From an uncultured Spirochaetota bacterium (GTDB lineage: Bacteria > Spirochaetota > Brevinematia > Brevinematales > JAOACQ01): a stretch of 64,000 nucleotides of DNA. The translations under genes and the position numbers were made by a program. Where the stretch lies: positions 128,001 through 192,000 of the forward strand of contig CAWIGG010000002.1 in NCBI GenBank assembly GCA_963835575.1, read 5' to 3'. The notes below the pieces were generated by a model that did not search any database, was not told the DNA's origin, and saw only the letters and a list, made by a program, of their open reading frames with translations. The stretch's first letter is position 1; the number at the start of each line of letters is the position of its first letter. Below, in pieces: positions 9,915 to 20,152 of the stretch.

Positions 9915-10775
9915 ATGAATGAAAATACATTTGATTTAAAAGTCGATGACATCACCTGGTGCCCCGGATGCGGGAATTTCGCGATACGAAAAGCCGTTAT
10001 CGGCGCCCTGGACGAACTGGGACTGGACAAACAGAAAACCGTCTTTGTCTCGGGGATCGGCCAGGCCGCCAAAATGCCTCATTATATCGACGTTCATTAT
10101 TTTAACGGACTGCATGGCAGGGCCCTGCCGCCGGCGACGGCGATTAAAGCGGCCAACCCGGAGCAGACCGTCATCACGGAAAGCGGCGACGGCGATATTT
10201 ACGGAGAGGGCGGCAATCATTTCCTCCATGCCATCCGGCGGAATCCGGACATTACCGTCATTGTCCACGACAATATGGTGTACGGACTGACAAAGGGTCA
10301 GGCTTCGCCGACCTCGCGGATCGGTATGCAGACGCCGGTGCAGGTTTTCGGTGTTTTTGAAAACCCGGTCAATCCCATGGCGCTGGCCGTCGCCATGGAC
10401 GCCCCGTTTGTCGCGCGGGCTTTCGCGGGAGATATCGATAAAACAAAGGAAATCATTAAAAAGGCCATTCAGCACAAAGGGTTCAGCCTGGTGGATGTTT
10501 TCCAGCCCTGCGTGTCGTTCAACAAACTCAACACGTTCCAGTGGTTCAAAGCGCATGCCTATTATCTTGAGGATTCCTACGACCCGTCAGACCGCGTTAA
10601 AGCCTTCCAGCGCGCGATTGAGGAAGACCCGCTTCCGATGGGGATATTTTATGTGAATGAAAAAAGAAAGCCTTTCGAGGAAAACCTGGAAGTGTATAAG
10701 AGAAGCCCCGAGCCGCTTTTTAAACGGAAAGCGGATATGCAGAAAATAAGGAATTTAATAGAGAAGTATATATGA
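9915..10775 (+). CDS. korB: 2-oxoacid:ferredoxin oxidoreductase beta subunit (TPP-binding)
   Basis: [38 protein letters not shown]. Confidence 0.93.
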   Translation: MNENTFDLKVDDITWCPGCGNFAIRKAVIGALDELGLDKQKTVFVSGIGQAAKMPHYIDVHYFNGLHGRALPPATAIKAANPEQTVITESGDGDIYGEGGNHFLHAIRRNPDITVIVHDNMVYGLTKGQASPTSRIGMQTPVQVFGVFENPVNPMALAVAMDAPFVARAFAGDIDKTKEIIKKAIQHKGFSLVDVFQPCVSFNKLNTFQWFKAHAYYLEDSYDPSDRVKAFQRAIEEDPLPMGIFYVNEKRKPFEENLEVYKRSPEPLFKRKADMQKIRNLIEKYI

Positions 10776-10810
10776 ATACAGCTCCAAGCACTATTATTTT
10801 CTAAGGCATT

Positions 10811-10937
10811 CAGCCACAGAATTTCACAGAAGAACACGGAAAAGAATATTGACTTTATAAACCTTTAAAAGCACAACCGTTGATTCCTCTAAAATAATAT
10901 TTAAAATTCAGTGATATTCTGTGATATTCCGTGGCTG
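10811..10937. repeat. Empty periodic inverted-repeat cassette
   Basis: CAGCCACAGAATTTCACAGAAGAACACGGAAA ... TTCAGTGATATTCTGTGATATTCCGTGGCTG, 10-bp period. Confidence 0.7.
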
Positions 10938-10971
10938 GCATCTTATGCAAGTTTTTAAAACTGCCTATTAA

Positions 10972-11634
10972 TCACTTATTTTTTTGAGTTCTTTTTTCTT
11001 CCTCAAGCCATTCAACGGCTTCCTCAAAACCCGTTTCTTTTTTACATGAAACAAAGAACACTTTCGCTTTCTTATTGAGCTTTCTGATTCCGTCCATAAA
11101 GAAATCCCTGTCGAAGTCGACATACGGGAGCAGGTCGTCTTTATTGACAATGACGGCGTCGGCCTTCTCAAAGGCGAGAGGATATTTATAGGGTTTGTCG
11201 CTTCCGTCCGCGACGGAGCAGATGATGAGCCTCTTGTGTTCGCCGATGTCGAACTCCGCCGGGCAGATCAAATTGCCTATGTTTTCTATAAAAAGAAAGG
11301 AATTCTCTTTCGGCGGGAATTTATCAAGGGCTTGCGTTATCATCAGCGCGTCCAGGTGGCAGCCGCCCATGGTATTGATCTGCAGGGCATCTATACCCTG
11401 TTTTTTCAGGTCCTGAGTGTCTAAGTCGGACTCCACGTCCCCTTCAATGACCGAAGAGGATATTGAGAGTCTTTTTATTAGCTGTTTCAGGACAGATGTT
11501 TTTCCGGCGCCCGGCGCTCCCATCACATTGACGGTCAGGACATTCCCGGCCGTAAGTTTTTTTCGGATACCCTGCGCTATTTTTTCATTTTCGGACAATA
11601 TGTTTTCCATCACCTGTATTTTTTCTTCAGACAT
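10972..11634 (-). CDS. hypB: Hydrogenase nickel incorporation GTPase HypB
   Basis: GAPGAGKTS, EGD, INTMGGCHLDA, IENIGNLICPA, DKPYKYP, NKDD. Confidence 0.93.
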   Translation of the reverse strand: MSEEKIQVMENILSENEKIAQGIRKKLTAGNVLTVNVMGAPGAGKTSVLKQLIKRLSISSSVIEGDVESDLDTQDLKKQGIDALQINTMGGCHLDALMITQALDKFPPKENSFLFIENIGNLICPAEFDIGEHKRLIICSVADGSDKPYKYPLAFEKADAVIVNKDDLLPYVDFDRDFFMDGIRKLNKKAKVFFVSCKKETGFEEAVEWLEEEKRTQKNK

Positions 11635-11744
11635 AGAGTCTCCTTTTCAATATTATAAAACTGTTATTGTCTATTGTTGGCTTTTAGGTGGATCAGTCTG
11701 CCTTCGTTATAAATAAAATATTCCATTGGCGTATACCGCCGGTT

Positions 11745-12095
11745 TTATCCTTCCGTTTCTATATCGATGCTTTCAATATAAAATTCCCTGCCCGTTTCCG
11801 ATAATACGCCTTCCTTTCCGCAGACGGGACAGGTGAAGGAATATCCTTCCCTCTCAAAATGGGTTCCGCAGGAAGTGCATTTCAGTTTGGGTTTTATGCT
11901 TTTCACGGTGATTTTCGCGCCTTCCGCGGGACTTCCCTTTGAGAGGATATCAAAATACATCTGGATTGATTCGCCGATAAAGCCGGATAACTCGCCGATG
12001 ACCAGGTTTACCCTGTTAACCTTATAAGCTTTCTTTTCCCGCGCTGTTTTTAAGGCAACCTCAAGTATTCTCCGGGTTACGGGGTATTCATGCAT
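11745..12095 (-). CDS. hypA: Hydrogenase maturation nickel metallochaperone HypA
   Basis: MHE start, IGELSG, CxxC...CPxC zinc site, GREFYIESI. Confidence 0.93.
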   Translation of the reverse strand: MHEYPVTRRILEVALKTAREKKAYKVNRVNLVIGELSGFIGESIQMYFDILSKGSPAEGAKITVKSIKPKLKCTSCGTHFEREGYSFTCPVCGKEGVLSETGREFYIESIDIETEG

Positions 12096-12152
12096 TTTCA
12101 CCGCCTGAAACGGTGATTATAAATTTGGAAGGGAGTTTTGTCAAAAAAATAG

Positions 12153-12196
12153 TGAAGGGCGGCTCCGGAAACAATGTTTCCAAAAACCGCCCTTCA
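12153..12196 (-). terminator. Probable intrinsic terminator after the beta-barrel gene
   Basis: TGAAGGGCGG...CCGCCCTTCA stem with a T-run on the minus strand. Confidence 0.6.
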
Positions 12197-12253
12197 TATT
12201 TATCGGTAAAGGGCTGACAGCGCCAGGAGCGGCCGGCCTTTTATTTTCCGGGT

Positions 12254-12910
12254 TTAGAACCAGCCGAACTGTAATTTTACTCCGAAATCAATACCCTGTA
12301 AATCCGTGTCTTTAATTCCGCTTATATCAAACGGGCCGTATATATAATGGTATCCGGCGAAAGCGATAACTTTCATCCAGCGTGTTACATTAAGTTCCAG
12401 GCCCGCCTCTCCATCCAGCGCAAAGAAAGGCATGGCATTCCTGACAAAATCATTTGTATTATCGTTATGGTTATGATAATAACTCCATGGATCTGAAACC
12501 TCGGTAATACCGCCGGCCCCGATGGTTGTCTTAATATAAGGGTGCAGCATCTGGTCGGGCAGAAAAACATAACCGAGCATTAAGCCGCCGTATCCCAGAT
12601 AAAGCCCTGTATTGCCGGCTGTCATAATAGGGGTCCCTAATGCTTTGCCGCTGAAACCGATAATAAACTGATGGTTGAGGATGACAGCTCCTTCACCGCC
12701 GCCCATAGCATAAACTTTGCCGTTCATGATCGTACCCTGGACAATCGGGCCTCCGAAACAGCCGAAAGAAAACTGATGTTCGCCGAAGAGCGTGCTCGGC
12801 TGATAACCGGAAACGCTGCTATTTTGATTGCTGGAATCGTCGCCATTTTCTTCCGCGAAAACCGCGGTAAATGCCAAAAGCATTACGGCCAGAATTGTGA
12901 TTTTCTTCAT
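12254..12910 (-). CDS. Putative outer-membrane beta-barrel protein
   Basis: Signal peptide (VFA-E), alternating G/aromatic strands, C-terminal GVKLQFGWF. Confidence 0.75.
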   Translation of the reverse strand: MKKITILAVMLLAFTAVFAEENGDDSSNQNSSVSGYQPSTLFGEHQFSFGCFGGPIVQGTIMNGKVYAMGGGEGAVILNHQFIIGFSGKALGTPIMTAGNTGLYLGYGGLMLGYVFLPDQMLHPYIKTTIGAGGITEVSDPWSYYHNHNDNTNDFVRNAMPFFALDGEAGLELNVTRWMKVIAFAGYHYIYGPFDISGIKDTDLQGIDFGVKLQFGWF

Positions 12911-12946
12911 ATAATTACTCCTTAAAAATTAATCTTATTTATATAA

Positions 12947-12962
12947 CGCAAACGATGTGCCA
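12947..12962 (-). promoter_or_regulatory. Sigma-54 (-24/-12) promoter
   Basis: Minus strand TGGCACATCGTTTGCG matches TGGCAC-N5-TTGC, 36 nt upstream of the ATG at 12910. Confidence 0.8.
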
Positions 12963-13195
12963 GAGTTGAAAATCGGCTGGAAGTTTATCATTTTTTTATA
13001 GTAATATATTGACAGGTAATAGAATAGCAGAAAGCAAGGATTTTATTATTATTTTAAGATGATTTTAACCGGCCGGATATAATACAGCGCTTATCGCATG
13101 TGATATATCAGAATTGAGATGGTTTTAAAGCATGGATACACAAAATAATTTTAAATGTAAGTAGTATCCCCGGGTCTTTGAAATGGTCCTGAAAC

Positions 13196-13229
13196 AATAA
13201 AAGAGCAGCATTTCGGCTGCTCTTTTATT
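13196..13229. terminator. Intrinsic terminator at the end of the lipoprotein array
   Basis: AATAAAAGAGCAGC-ATTTCG-GCTGCTCTTTTATT hairpin with A/T tails. Confidence 0.75.
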
Positions 13230-13272
13230 TATCGTATCTGCAGGATTGATAATCTGGAGTCATCCATGCCGT

Positions 13273-15942
13273 TCAGGGATTGGTCATGTCCGAAGCCAGA
13301 TTGAGCTGAATTGTATTGATGAAATTCGTGGGATTGATGACCTTGAACCCGCCGGGCAGAACATAGGCCGACTGGAAAAGGTAATTGGTGATCTTCGCGA
13401 TGGAAAGGTCCGGGTTAACCTGCCAGCCCATGACCAGCACGCCGGCAATGTAGGGAATAGTCCAGCTCGTGCCACCGGCGCCCGTGTATTGGTAGGAAAA
13501 AACGCCGCTGTTATATTCTTCGGCCTGGCTCCTGCGGGGTGCGGGCGCATAAAAGATATTCGGATCATTTTGGATCTGAGTGTTCGGTTCCCCCGGCATA
13601 AAGCTGGTAATATCATCCGGGTTTTCAAGATTACAACAGCCGACGTCGTTTATACGGTGCGCGCCACAATCCAGCACGAGGATATTCGAAGCGCTTGCCC
13701 TCTGGACGGCTTGGTCCCAGAGGATATTATTTGAGTCGGGCGAACCCGGTCCCGAAGGGGCGGCCGATACGGAGACAACCCGTATTTTCTGATCGGCGGA
13801 AAGGCCGGCGTTCTGCGCGACGATCCAGTCGAGCGCCTGAGCGAAGTATTTCGCATCCGCCAGCCACGTGGGTGTTGCGGCAAAATAGAGTCTGGCTCCG
13901 GGGGCCGTGCCGGTATGGGTCCCGACAAGAAGGCTGGCTACGGCCGGAGCGTGCATGCTGCCCACGTTCGCGGGCTGGCCGGTGCCGGTATCAAAATATG
14001 CCGCTATTTTATTGGAAAATTCCGGATGGCCGAAATCCTGGCAGAGGTTCTGGTCGATGACGGCCACGTTAATATTAGAGCCTGTTATGCCCAGCGAATG
14101 AAGATAATTGACCCCTAACCCAGGGTTTTTGCCCGATTCCAGGATCTGACCGGCGTAGGTCTGATCTCCCGGGCTGAAGATTGTCGTGCCGTCAAACCAG
14201 AGAGTTTTAATCAGATCGCAGCCCAAATTGTCCTTTGACAGATCTTTCCCTCTCACATCATCATAAGGTAAGACATCAATATTTGTTTCATAAAGGATAA
14301 CGTCGTCTATATAAATATTTCCAGTATTGCTCAGGCCAAGATGAAAGTTGAATCCGGCATTGGTATCGGTCGGGCTGTTCATTTTGAATAAGAAGGTAAA
14401 TGTCTGCATACTTTGAGTGAGATTAAAGTAATTAAGTGCATAGGAATTCCATGGAGGAGTGTCATATTGAAAAACCGCTCTGATCACTGTTAGGGCCGGC
14501 GAATCCGTCCTGGCCCTGAAGCTGAAAAAGTACAACTTCCCGTTCTCAAGGTCCAGCCCGTGCTGAGCTATGCCGACGTCCCAGATATTTGTCCCGCCGT
14601 TAATAACCGCCGCTTTCATTTCTCCGTTGACTATGCTCATGGAAGCGCTGCCGTTCTCATTCGTCCAGAAATCCCAGTACAGGCTGCCGGAGGAGAAATC
14701 CCCGTTCCTGATTATGTTGCCGCCGGCATAAGGGTATTCCGGGTTCTGGAGCACATTAATGTTCCCGGTCCATGGCACGACATTATACAGGTCATCCATA
14801 CAGCATTGCAGGGCCATTCCGTCCGAGCCCCAGTTGGTGTATGCCCAGAACGTGCTGTCCAGCGTCATATGCGCGGTATAAAAAGTACAGCCGTCGTCTG
14901 AAATATCGCAGAGCAGGTTTACTCCCCCCATGTTTATGTTTGACGACAGCTGGCGGACATTGGTAAAGCTTCCGTCACCCGCTATGTCGGCCGAGCAGAT
15001 GTAGGTCTGTATTAGGCGCGGGTCATGCAGGTCTGTAATGCCGGTATTCCCGAAATTATGGTTATTGGGTATGGGAGCGACAAAAGCGCTATTCGTCTTC
15101 ATGATGCCGCAGTCGCTCATGGTATTCAGACAGTTGAAAAAGGCCTTCTTCCCATCCAGCGTGATAGACATTCTTCCTATCCACCATAAGCCCATTCTCC
15201 CCGGAAAATCGGCCTCGGTATGCCATTTCCCGTCTATGTAATGAACGGGATTGAAGGGATTGATCTCGCCGCTCAGTTCGGATGGAGCGCCGAATGTCAC
15301 GCTGTTGAGTGCGGACTCATATACCCTGATCTTGATATAGTCGCCCTTGACGGCGTTTTCCACCCACCAGCAGAGGGTAAAGTAGAGAGTTTTCCTGGCG
15401 TCATTGTATGCCGGACAGAGGATCCAGGCGTCATTTGTACCTTTATACATAATCGATTTGACATAGTTCCCTATAGCGGAAAAATTCCAGAGACTGCAGG
15501 AAGCGAAATAGACGTAATTGTCATCCTCGGACTGATATTCATAGATGGAAAACTCCCCGCTGCCCCATCCGAAAAGCATGTACCTCTTCCCTCCAAGGTC
15601 AAAGGCGATCGGATAGGGGGCGGGCGGCGTTTCCTTGCCGTCAAAGAGAACTGTTTTTGAATTATAGGAAACGGTCCGAGATTTTCCCGCTCCGTCCGCG
15701 ACAGTGGCGCTTCCTGTTTTGTCGAAACCCGCAGGAATAACGCCTGCGGCTACTGTAGAACCGAAGACTTTCATGGAAACTTTATCCCCGCTTTTGCCTG
15801 TGATAAAGCAGGCGTACTGCGAACCGATTGGAGAGCCGCCGGTAACTGTCTGATTGCCGCCGCCTCTTCCATCGCCCGGCTGAACAGCGCATCCGGCCAG
15901 AATCCAGGCTGCAACTAAAACCCAGAGATAAATTTTCTTCAT
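13273..15942 (-). CDS. Lipoprotein with propeller-like segment, CBM4/9 domain and C-terminal S8 (subtilisin-like) peptidase
   Basis: LAG-C lipobox; NIIRNGDFSSG...IYIDDVILYE (CBM4/9-like); triad VAVID / HAPAVASLL / GGTSWTIPYIAG. Confidence 0.85.
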   Translation of the reverse strand: MKKIYLWVLVAAWILAGCAVQPGDGRGGGNQTVTGGSPIGSQYACFITGKSGDKVSMKVFGSTVAAGVIPAGFDKTGSATVADGAGKSRTVSYNSKTVLFDGKETPPAPYPIAFDLGGKRYMLFGWGSGEFSIYEYQSEDDNYVYFASCSLWNFSAIGNYVKSIMYKGTNDAWILCPAYNDARKTLYFTLCWWVENAVKGDYIKIRVYESALNSVTFGAPSELSGEINPFNPVHYIDGKWHTEADFPGRMGLWWIGRMSITLDGKKAFFNCLNTMSDCGIMKTNSAFVAPIPNNHNFGNTGITDLHDPRLIQTYICSADIAGDGSFTNVRQLSSNINMGGVNLLCDISDDGCTFYTAHMTLDSTFWAYTNWGSDGMALQCCMDDLYNVVPWTGNINVLQNPEYPYAGGNIIRNGDFSSGSLYWDFWTNENGSASMSIVNGEMKAAVINGGTNIWDVGIAQHGLDLENGKLYFFSFRARTDSPALTVIRAVFQYDTPPWNSYALNYFNLTQSMQTFTFLFKMNSPTDTNAGFNFHLGLSNTGNIYIDDVILYETNIDVLPYDDVRGKDLSKDNLGCDLIKTLWFDGTTIFSPGDQTYAGQILESGKNPGLGVNYLHSLGITGSNINVAVIDQNLCQDFGHPEFSNKIAAYFDTGTGQPANVGSMHAPAVASLLVGTHTGTAPGARLYFAATPTWLADAKYFAQALDWIVAQNAGLSADQKIRVVSVSAAPSGPGSPDSNNILWDQAVQRASASNILVLDCGAHRINDVGCCNLENPDDITSFMPGEPNTQIQNDPNIFYAPAPRRSQAEEYNSGVFSYQYTGAGGTSWTIPYIAGVLVMGWQVNPDLSIAKITNYLFQSAYVLPGGFKVINPTNFINTIQLNLASDMTNP

Positions 15943-16113
15943 GGTATATCCTCCATTGATAAATGTTTTAAAATATTATTAAAAAATATCATAATCTATT
16001 ATCTCCATTGCAGGATTGCTGCCCGCTATTAGTGGTGGGTGAATACCGTAAAATCCGTTTATGCCGGCTTACCCTGTAAGCGATACCTATTGAGTCTATT
16101 AAATAATCCCTCA

Positions 16114-16172
16114 TCCTATATATAATACGTTTTGAAACATTCATTTTCGATGAAGTTTGAAAAATATTTTTT
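16114..16172 (-). promoter_or_regulatory. Shared array promoter motif, copy 1 (upstream of the S8 gene)
   Basis: Plus strand TCCTATATATAATACGTTTTGAAACATTCATTTTCG...GAAAAATATTTTT aligns without gaps to copies at 21901 and 31251. Confidence 0.65.
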
Positions 16173-16245
16173 TAAAAGAATGAGTGAAAACATGGATTGG
16201 ATATAACCGCTGCCGGTATTATTGAAGATAACGCCGTTGACAGTA

Positions 16246-18270
16246 TCATTCATTCGACACGCTGTTGCCGCCGGCTGTTACGGCGTCATGACGGATATCG
16301 CCGGGGGTGTTCAGCGCATTGATATCATCCAGGCCGATGTCGCCGTCGGCGAAATCGTGATAGAGATATTCCAGCGTATTGGTCAGGAAGATATTCCCGC
16401 TGATGGTTTTCCATGTATTATCCTCTGCTCCCTCATATAGAGCATATCCTCTGCCGTCTCCGCCGACCGTGCATGAAATGAGGCTGTTAAAATTGTATCC
16501 GCTGCCGAGATAGATGACTCCGTTTGCCGCGGAATTATACAAAAGCCTTGAATTTGTGATCATGGCGCAATTTGCTCCGCTGTCTAATAAATATATACCG
16601 CCGCCGATAAGCGCTGAATTACTGATGATATCGGCGCTGACGGTATTATTGCCGTCATAAAAAAGATCCCCTTCCAGATAGATCCCTCCACCGTTGGAAG
16701 AGGAATTATTAAGGATCAGGCCTTTGATCTCGCTCTGCGATCCGTTGAAGCTGATTCCGCCGCCCTGGTATAATGAAGAATTGCTGACAAGAGTGCAGTC
16801 AATTAAATTATAATATCCTCCGCCGTCGATACCGCCGCCGTAATAAGAACTGTTCTGGACAATAGAACAGAATAAGGTATTATAATATCCGTAAGAATTG
16901 AGCTGCTCCCATAAGTATATGCCTCCGCCGTAAGAGGCCTGGTTGCTGTTTATGACTGCCCGGATGATACAGTAATCGGCAGAAAGAAAGATCCCTCCGC
17001 CGAAGCCGCCGGATGTTGAAGCTGAGTTCCCGGCAAAAGTCCCTTCTATAATGGAATAATTCGCAGTTGATTCAGGGCCGTATAAATATAATCCTCCTCC
17101 ATTCTCTGCAGTATTGCTGCAGATAGAGGCGTCTATCTTATTATGTGTTCCATAATATATACAGAGACCGCCGCCATCGTTTCTGGCGAAATTACCGGCG
17201 GCGATGCCGGTGATAGTATTGTAATTGCCGCTTAAATAAAGCCCACCCCCATAACCGGAGCTGAAAAGGCTTTCACTACCGGCTGTATTACTTAATATTG
17301 AACCGGCAATCTTATTATGATTGCCATGAAGGAACATGCCCCCTCCGTATACCGCGGTATTATTCAATAATAAGCAGTCAATATCATTATAATGGCCGTA
17401 GTCATATGTTATTCCCAGGTAGTCGCCGCCTATCATGATTCCTCCTCCGTTGCTTGATGCGGTATTGCTTATATAAATGCCGCGGACCGTATTGGAATTG
17501 CCGCAAAGGTCCAGCCCGCCGCCGAATTGAGAAGCGTTGTTATTTTTCATGATGCAGTTTATGGTATTACCGGAGCCGTAAATATACACTCCGGCGCCAT
17601 AAAGGCCGCGGTTGTCATAAAGTTCGCAGTTCAGGGTGATGAGGCTTCCATGGCTGATATAGATGCCTCCTCCGTACCAGGAGACCTGGTTGCTCATGAT
17701 AACGCAGTTGGACAGGACGCAGAGCGATGAATATAATATTGATATGCCGCCGCCGTTCATATAATTTGTATAAAGATTGTCTTTTATGATAAAACCCTCG
17801 ATTGTAATTCCGGTTGAATCGCTGATTGAAATGATATGAAAAATACCGTTTGTCCCGTCCAGGACGCTTTCGCCCGTCTGAGCGGAGAAATCCCCGTTCC
17901 AGCCGCCCAGGACCATGATATTGTTTTTATTTGAGATCATGATGCCGTTTGTCCCGTCGCCGCGCAGTCCGGCGCCCCTGACATAGAGGCCGCTTCCGAC
18001 GTATATGACAGCGGCTGAATTCGGGGCCGAATCCAGCGCTTTCTGTATGCTGAGGAAGGGAAATTCCTTTGTCCCCGGGTTCGCGTCGCTGCCGTTCGCC
18101 GCGACGAAGTACTCCGCGTATGAAGGCGGTATGCCCAGAGAAGATTTGCCTTCCCCTGAAGTACTGCCGTTATTTTCGCCGTTTCCGGGCGAGAGCGCGC
18201 ATGAATTTATGATAAATAAAAAGGCCGGGATGATAATAGATAGATATTTTGTTCCTTTCTTAATTCGCAT
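16246..18270 (-). CDS. Right-handed beta-helix repeat lipoprotein (DUF1565-like N-terminus)
   Basis: Start MRIKK at 18270; INS-C-ALSPG; YFVAANGSDANPGT..PF.SIQKA; many N.A..GGG(I/L)Y turns; conserved C-terminus. Confidence 0.85.
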   Translation of the reverse strand: MRIKKGTKYLSIIIPAFLFIINSCALSPGNGENNGSTSGEGKSSLGIPPSYAEYFVAANGSDANPGTKEFPFLSIQKALDSAPNSAAVIYVGSGLYVRGAGLRGDGTNGIMISNKNNIMVLGGWNGDFSAQTGESVLDGTNGIFHIISISDSTGITIEGFIIKDNLYTNYMNGGGISILYSSLCVLSNCVIMSNQVSWYGGGIYISHGSLITLNCELYDNRGLYGAGVYIYGSGNTINCIMKNNNASQFGGGLDLCGNSNTVRGIYISNTASSNGGGIMIGGDYLGITYDYGHYNDIDCLLLNNTAVYGGGMFLHGNHNKIAGSILSNTAGSESLFSSGYGGGLYLSGNYNTITGIAAGNFARNDGGGLCIYYGTHNKIDASICSNTAENGGGLYLYGPESTANYSIIEGTFAGNSASTSGGFGGGIFLSADYCIIRAVINSNQASYGGGIYLWEQLNSYGYYNTLFCSIVQNSSYYGGGIDGGGYYNLIDCTLVSNSSLYQGGGISFNGSQSEIKGLILNNSSSNGGGIYLEGDLFYDGNNTVSADIISNSALIGGGIYLLDSGANCAMITNSRLLYNSAANGVIYLGSGYNFNSLISCTVGGDGRGYALYEGAEDNTWKTISGNIFLTNTLEYLYHDFADGDIGLDDINALNTPGDIRHDAVTAGGNSVSNE

Positions 18271-18289
18271 AAAAAATTCCTCTCTTTTT

Positions 18290-20098
18290 TTACCTGATGC
18301 CGGCGCCCTGGTTTGAAACAACCATGCTGTAGGAAGAACTGCCGGAAAAGGCATTGACGCAGACGATATGCCAGCCGGTTTTTTCAGCGTTAAATCCGAT
18401 ATGCTCGCTCTGGTTGCTGGATGCGGAATAACCAACTATGATATTGTCTGGATCGAACAGGTATAGATCGAAGTCGTTTGTCCCGTAGTTCCAGAGGTCG
18501 ATGGACAATAATCCGGGCGTCTCAACATAGAACTGATAAAAGGCGTTTGATTCCTCCAATAAAAAACTGCTTTGAATGCTGTTTGTGCCGGTCCATATTT
18601 CCGGCGGGAAGAGGTAATAATCAAGGAGAAAGCTGTCCCATGAGGAATCGATATTGAACAGAGTAAAGTTGCTGTAAATATAATCGACCCTGCAGCTGAT
18701 TGAGGAAGAACTTGCGAAAGTGCCTGCGTAAACGGCCATTCCGCTTGAATACGGGTTCCCGCTGAAAATATCTCCCGAAGGGTTATGCCATTCGTAAACG
18801 ACGGCGTTTTTTACCGCCGATTTTAACATTTCGGAATTACTGCTTATGGAGATTTTTTGGGCCAGGTCATAGATGTCGAGATGAAAATAGCCGCCGGCTT
18901 CAGTATCGATATACTGCTCTACTGAATTCACGATGGTATTCCATAAAGCGGGTTTTCTGTTGATATGGCCGGTGTTCCAAAGATAATTTGACAGGTCGGA
19001 AACGTACGAGTTAAAAGCCGCCATGATCGAATCCATTCTGGAAAGTTTATACGCGGCCAGCGTCGCGCCTCTTGTAGAAACATATCTCCTGCTATAAGAA
19101 TCAATGATATTTAAAATCAGGTCGGGGGCCGTCATTTTTGACTGGGAGTATTGTGAAAGCCAGTCGCTGTATGACCAGCCGCCAGCAAGTTCAACCTCCG
19201 GTGACGCGATGAGATAATCGGCTGTGTTCCTGAGTTCATAAGCCGTCTCAGCCATTCCCATAAGGCATGCGTCGAAACCGATTATTTTGATGCCTTTTCC
19301 TGTGAGGGCTGTCCGGACCTCGGAGTTGTAAAGCACATCGTTTCCGGATGTTTCGTCCCAGCAGACTTCTTTGGTAATATCTGATGCGCTTTTTTCTGTT
19401 TGGACGGGATAGGGGTTGTTCATTATTGCTGATGGGCTCTTTTTTAAAATTGCTTTTTTACCGTTGATATTTGTAAACTGGCCGGTTAATTCCGCTTCCG
19501 ATGATGTGTTTAATAAGAAACTGCCGGTGGTATTGACGCTTCCGGTACGGCTTCTCCATCCGCCGCCATGGTTCCACAGGATCAGCATATAACCTTCCGA
19601 GGGATAATTCGCCCTGACATAATCGACAAATCCGCTCAGGGTCTGGGGGTCGGCCATATTGAGCTCTTCGCTGTCGCCGCTGGTTGTCAGATTCACGCCG
19701 TTGATCAATCCGCCGAGCCGGGTTGAGCGTATGGTGTTGTCGGCGCCGTTCGGGTCATGGACAATTTTATAAAGCCGGGTACCGGTCCAGTCCCCGTCGG
19801 ATGTGTCATGGCCGGGCGCCCGGTCGAAAAGAACGATCACGTTCAGATCGGGATTGTTCAGGCCGGCCTCCATCTCGTTGAAATTCTGAAGCGCATACTG
19901 TTCCAGGTTGTTATCGCCGTCCAGATAGACCATTATGGTTTTTATGGTTGTGTTTGTGTCAGACAGCAGTTCGCCTGAAATAGTATCCCGGACTGGAGAG
20001 CTGTTTCCGCCGGCTGGCTGGAGAGAGCATGATGCGGCTATGACCGCCATCGTGATTAATGAGCAATAAAGAAAAACGGCTCTGATCTTCTCTTTCAT
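18290..20098 (-). CDS. Clostripain-family (C11) cysteine protease lipoprotein with C-terminal PPC-like domain
   Basis: AAS-C lipobox; MVYLDGDNNLE, ELNMADPQTL, LILWNHGGGW (His), GFDACLMG (Cys), DFDLYLFD. Confidence 0.9.
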   Translation of the reverse strand: MKEKIRAVFLYCSLITMAVIAASCSLQPAGGNSSPVRDTISGELLSDTNTTIKTIMVYLDGDNNLEQYALQNFNEMEAGLNNPDLNVIVLFDRAPGHDTSDGDWTGTRLYKIVHDPNGADNTIRSTRLGGLINGVNLTTSGDSEELNMADPQTLSGFVDYVRANYPSEGYMLILWNHGGGWRSRTGSVNTTGSFLLNTSSEAELTGQFTNINGKKAILKKSPSAIMNNPYPVQTEKSASDITKEVCWDETSGNDVLYNSEVRTALTGKGIKIIGFDACLMGMAETAYELRNTADYLIASPEVELAGGWSYSDWLSQYSQSKMTAPDLILNIIDSYSRRYVSTRGATLAAYKLSRMDSIMAAFNSYVSDLSNYLWNTGHINRKPALWNTIVNSVEQYIDTEAGGYFHLDIYDLAQKISISSNSEMLKSAVKNAVVYEWHNPSGDIFSGNPYSSGMAVYAGTFASSSSISCRVDYIYSNFTLFNIDSSWDSFLLDYYLFPPEIWTGTNSIQSSFLLEESNAFYQFYVETPGLLSIDLWNYGTNDFDLYLFDPDNIIVGYSASSNQSEHIGFNAEKTGWHIVCVNAFSGSSSYSMVVSNQGAGIR

Positions 20099-20152
20099 TT
20101 TAAACCCCTCAAGGATTTATAAATTATTCATCTATAGTATCTATTCACAATT

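Noticed and set aside
18271..18435. 55-aa N-terminal extension of the 16246 ORF
   Set aside because: Overlaps the C11 gene; the ATG at 18270 has an RBS and starts a signal peptide
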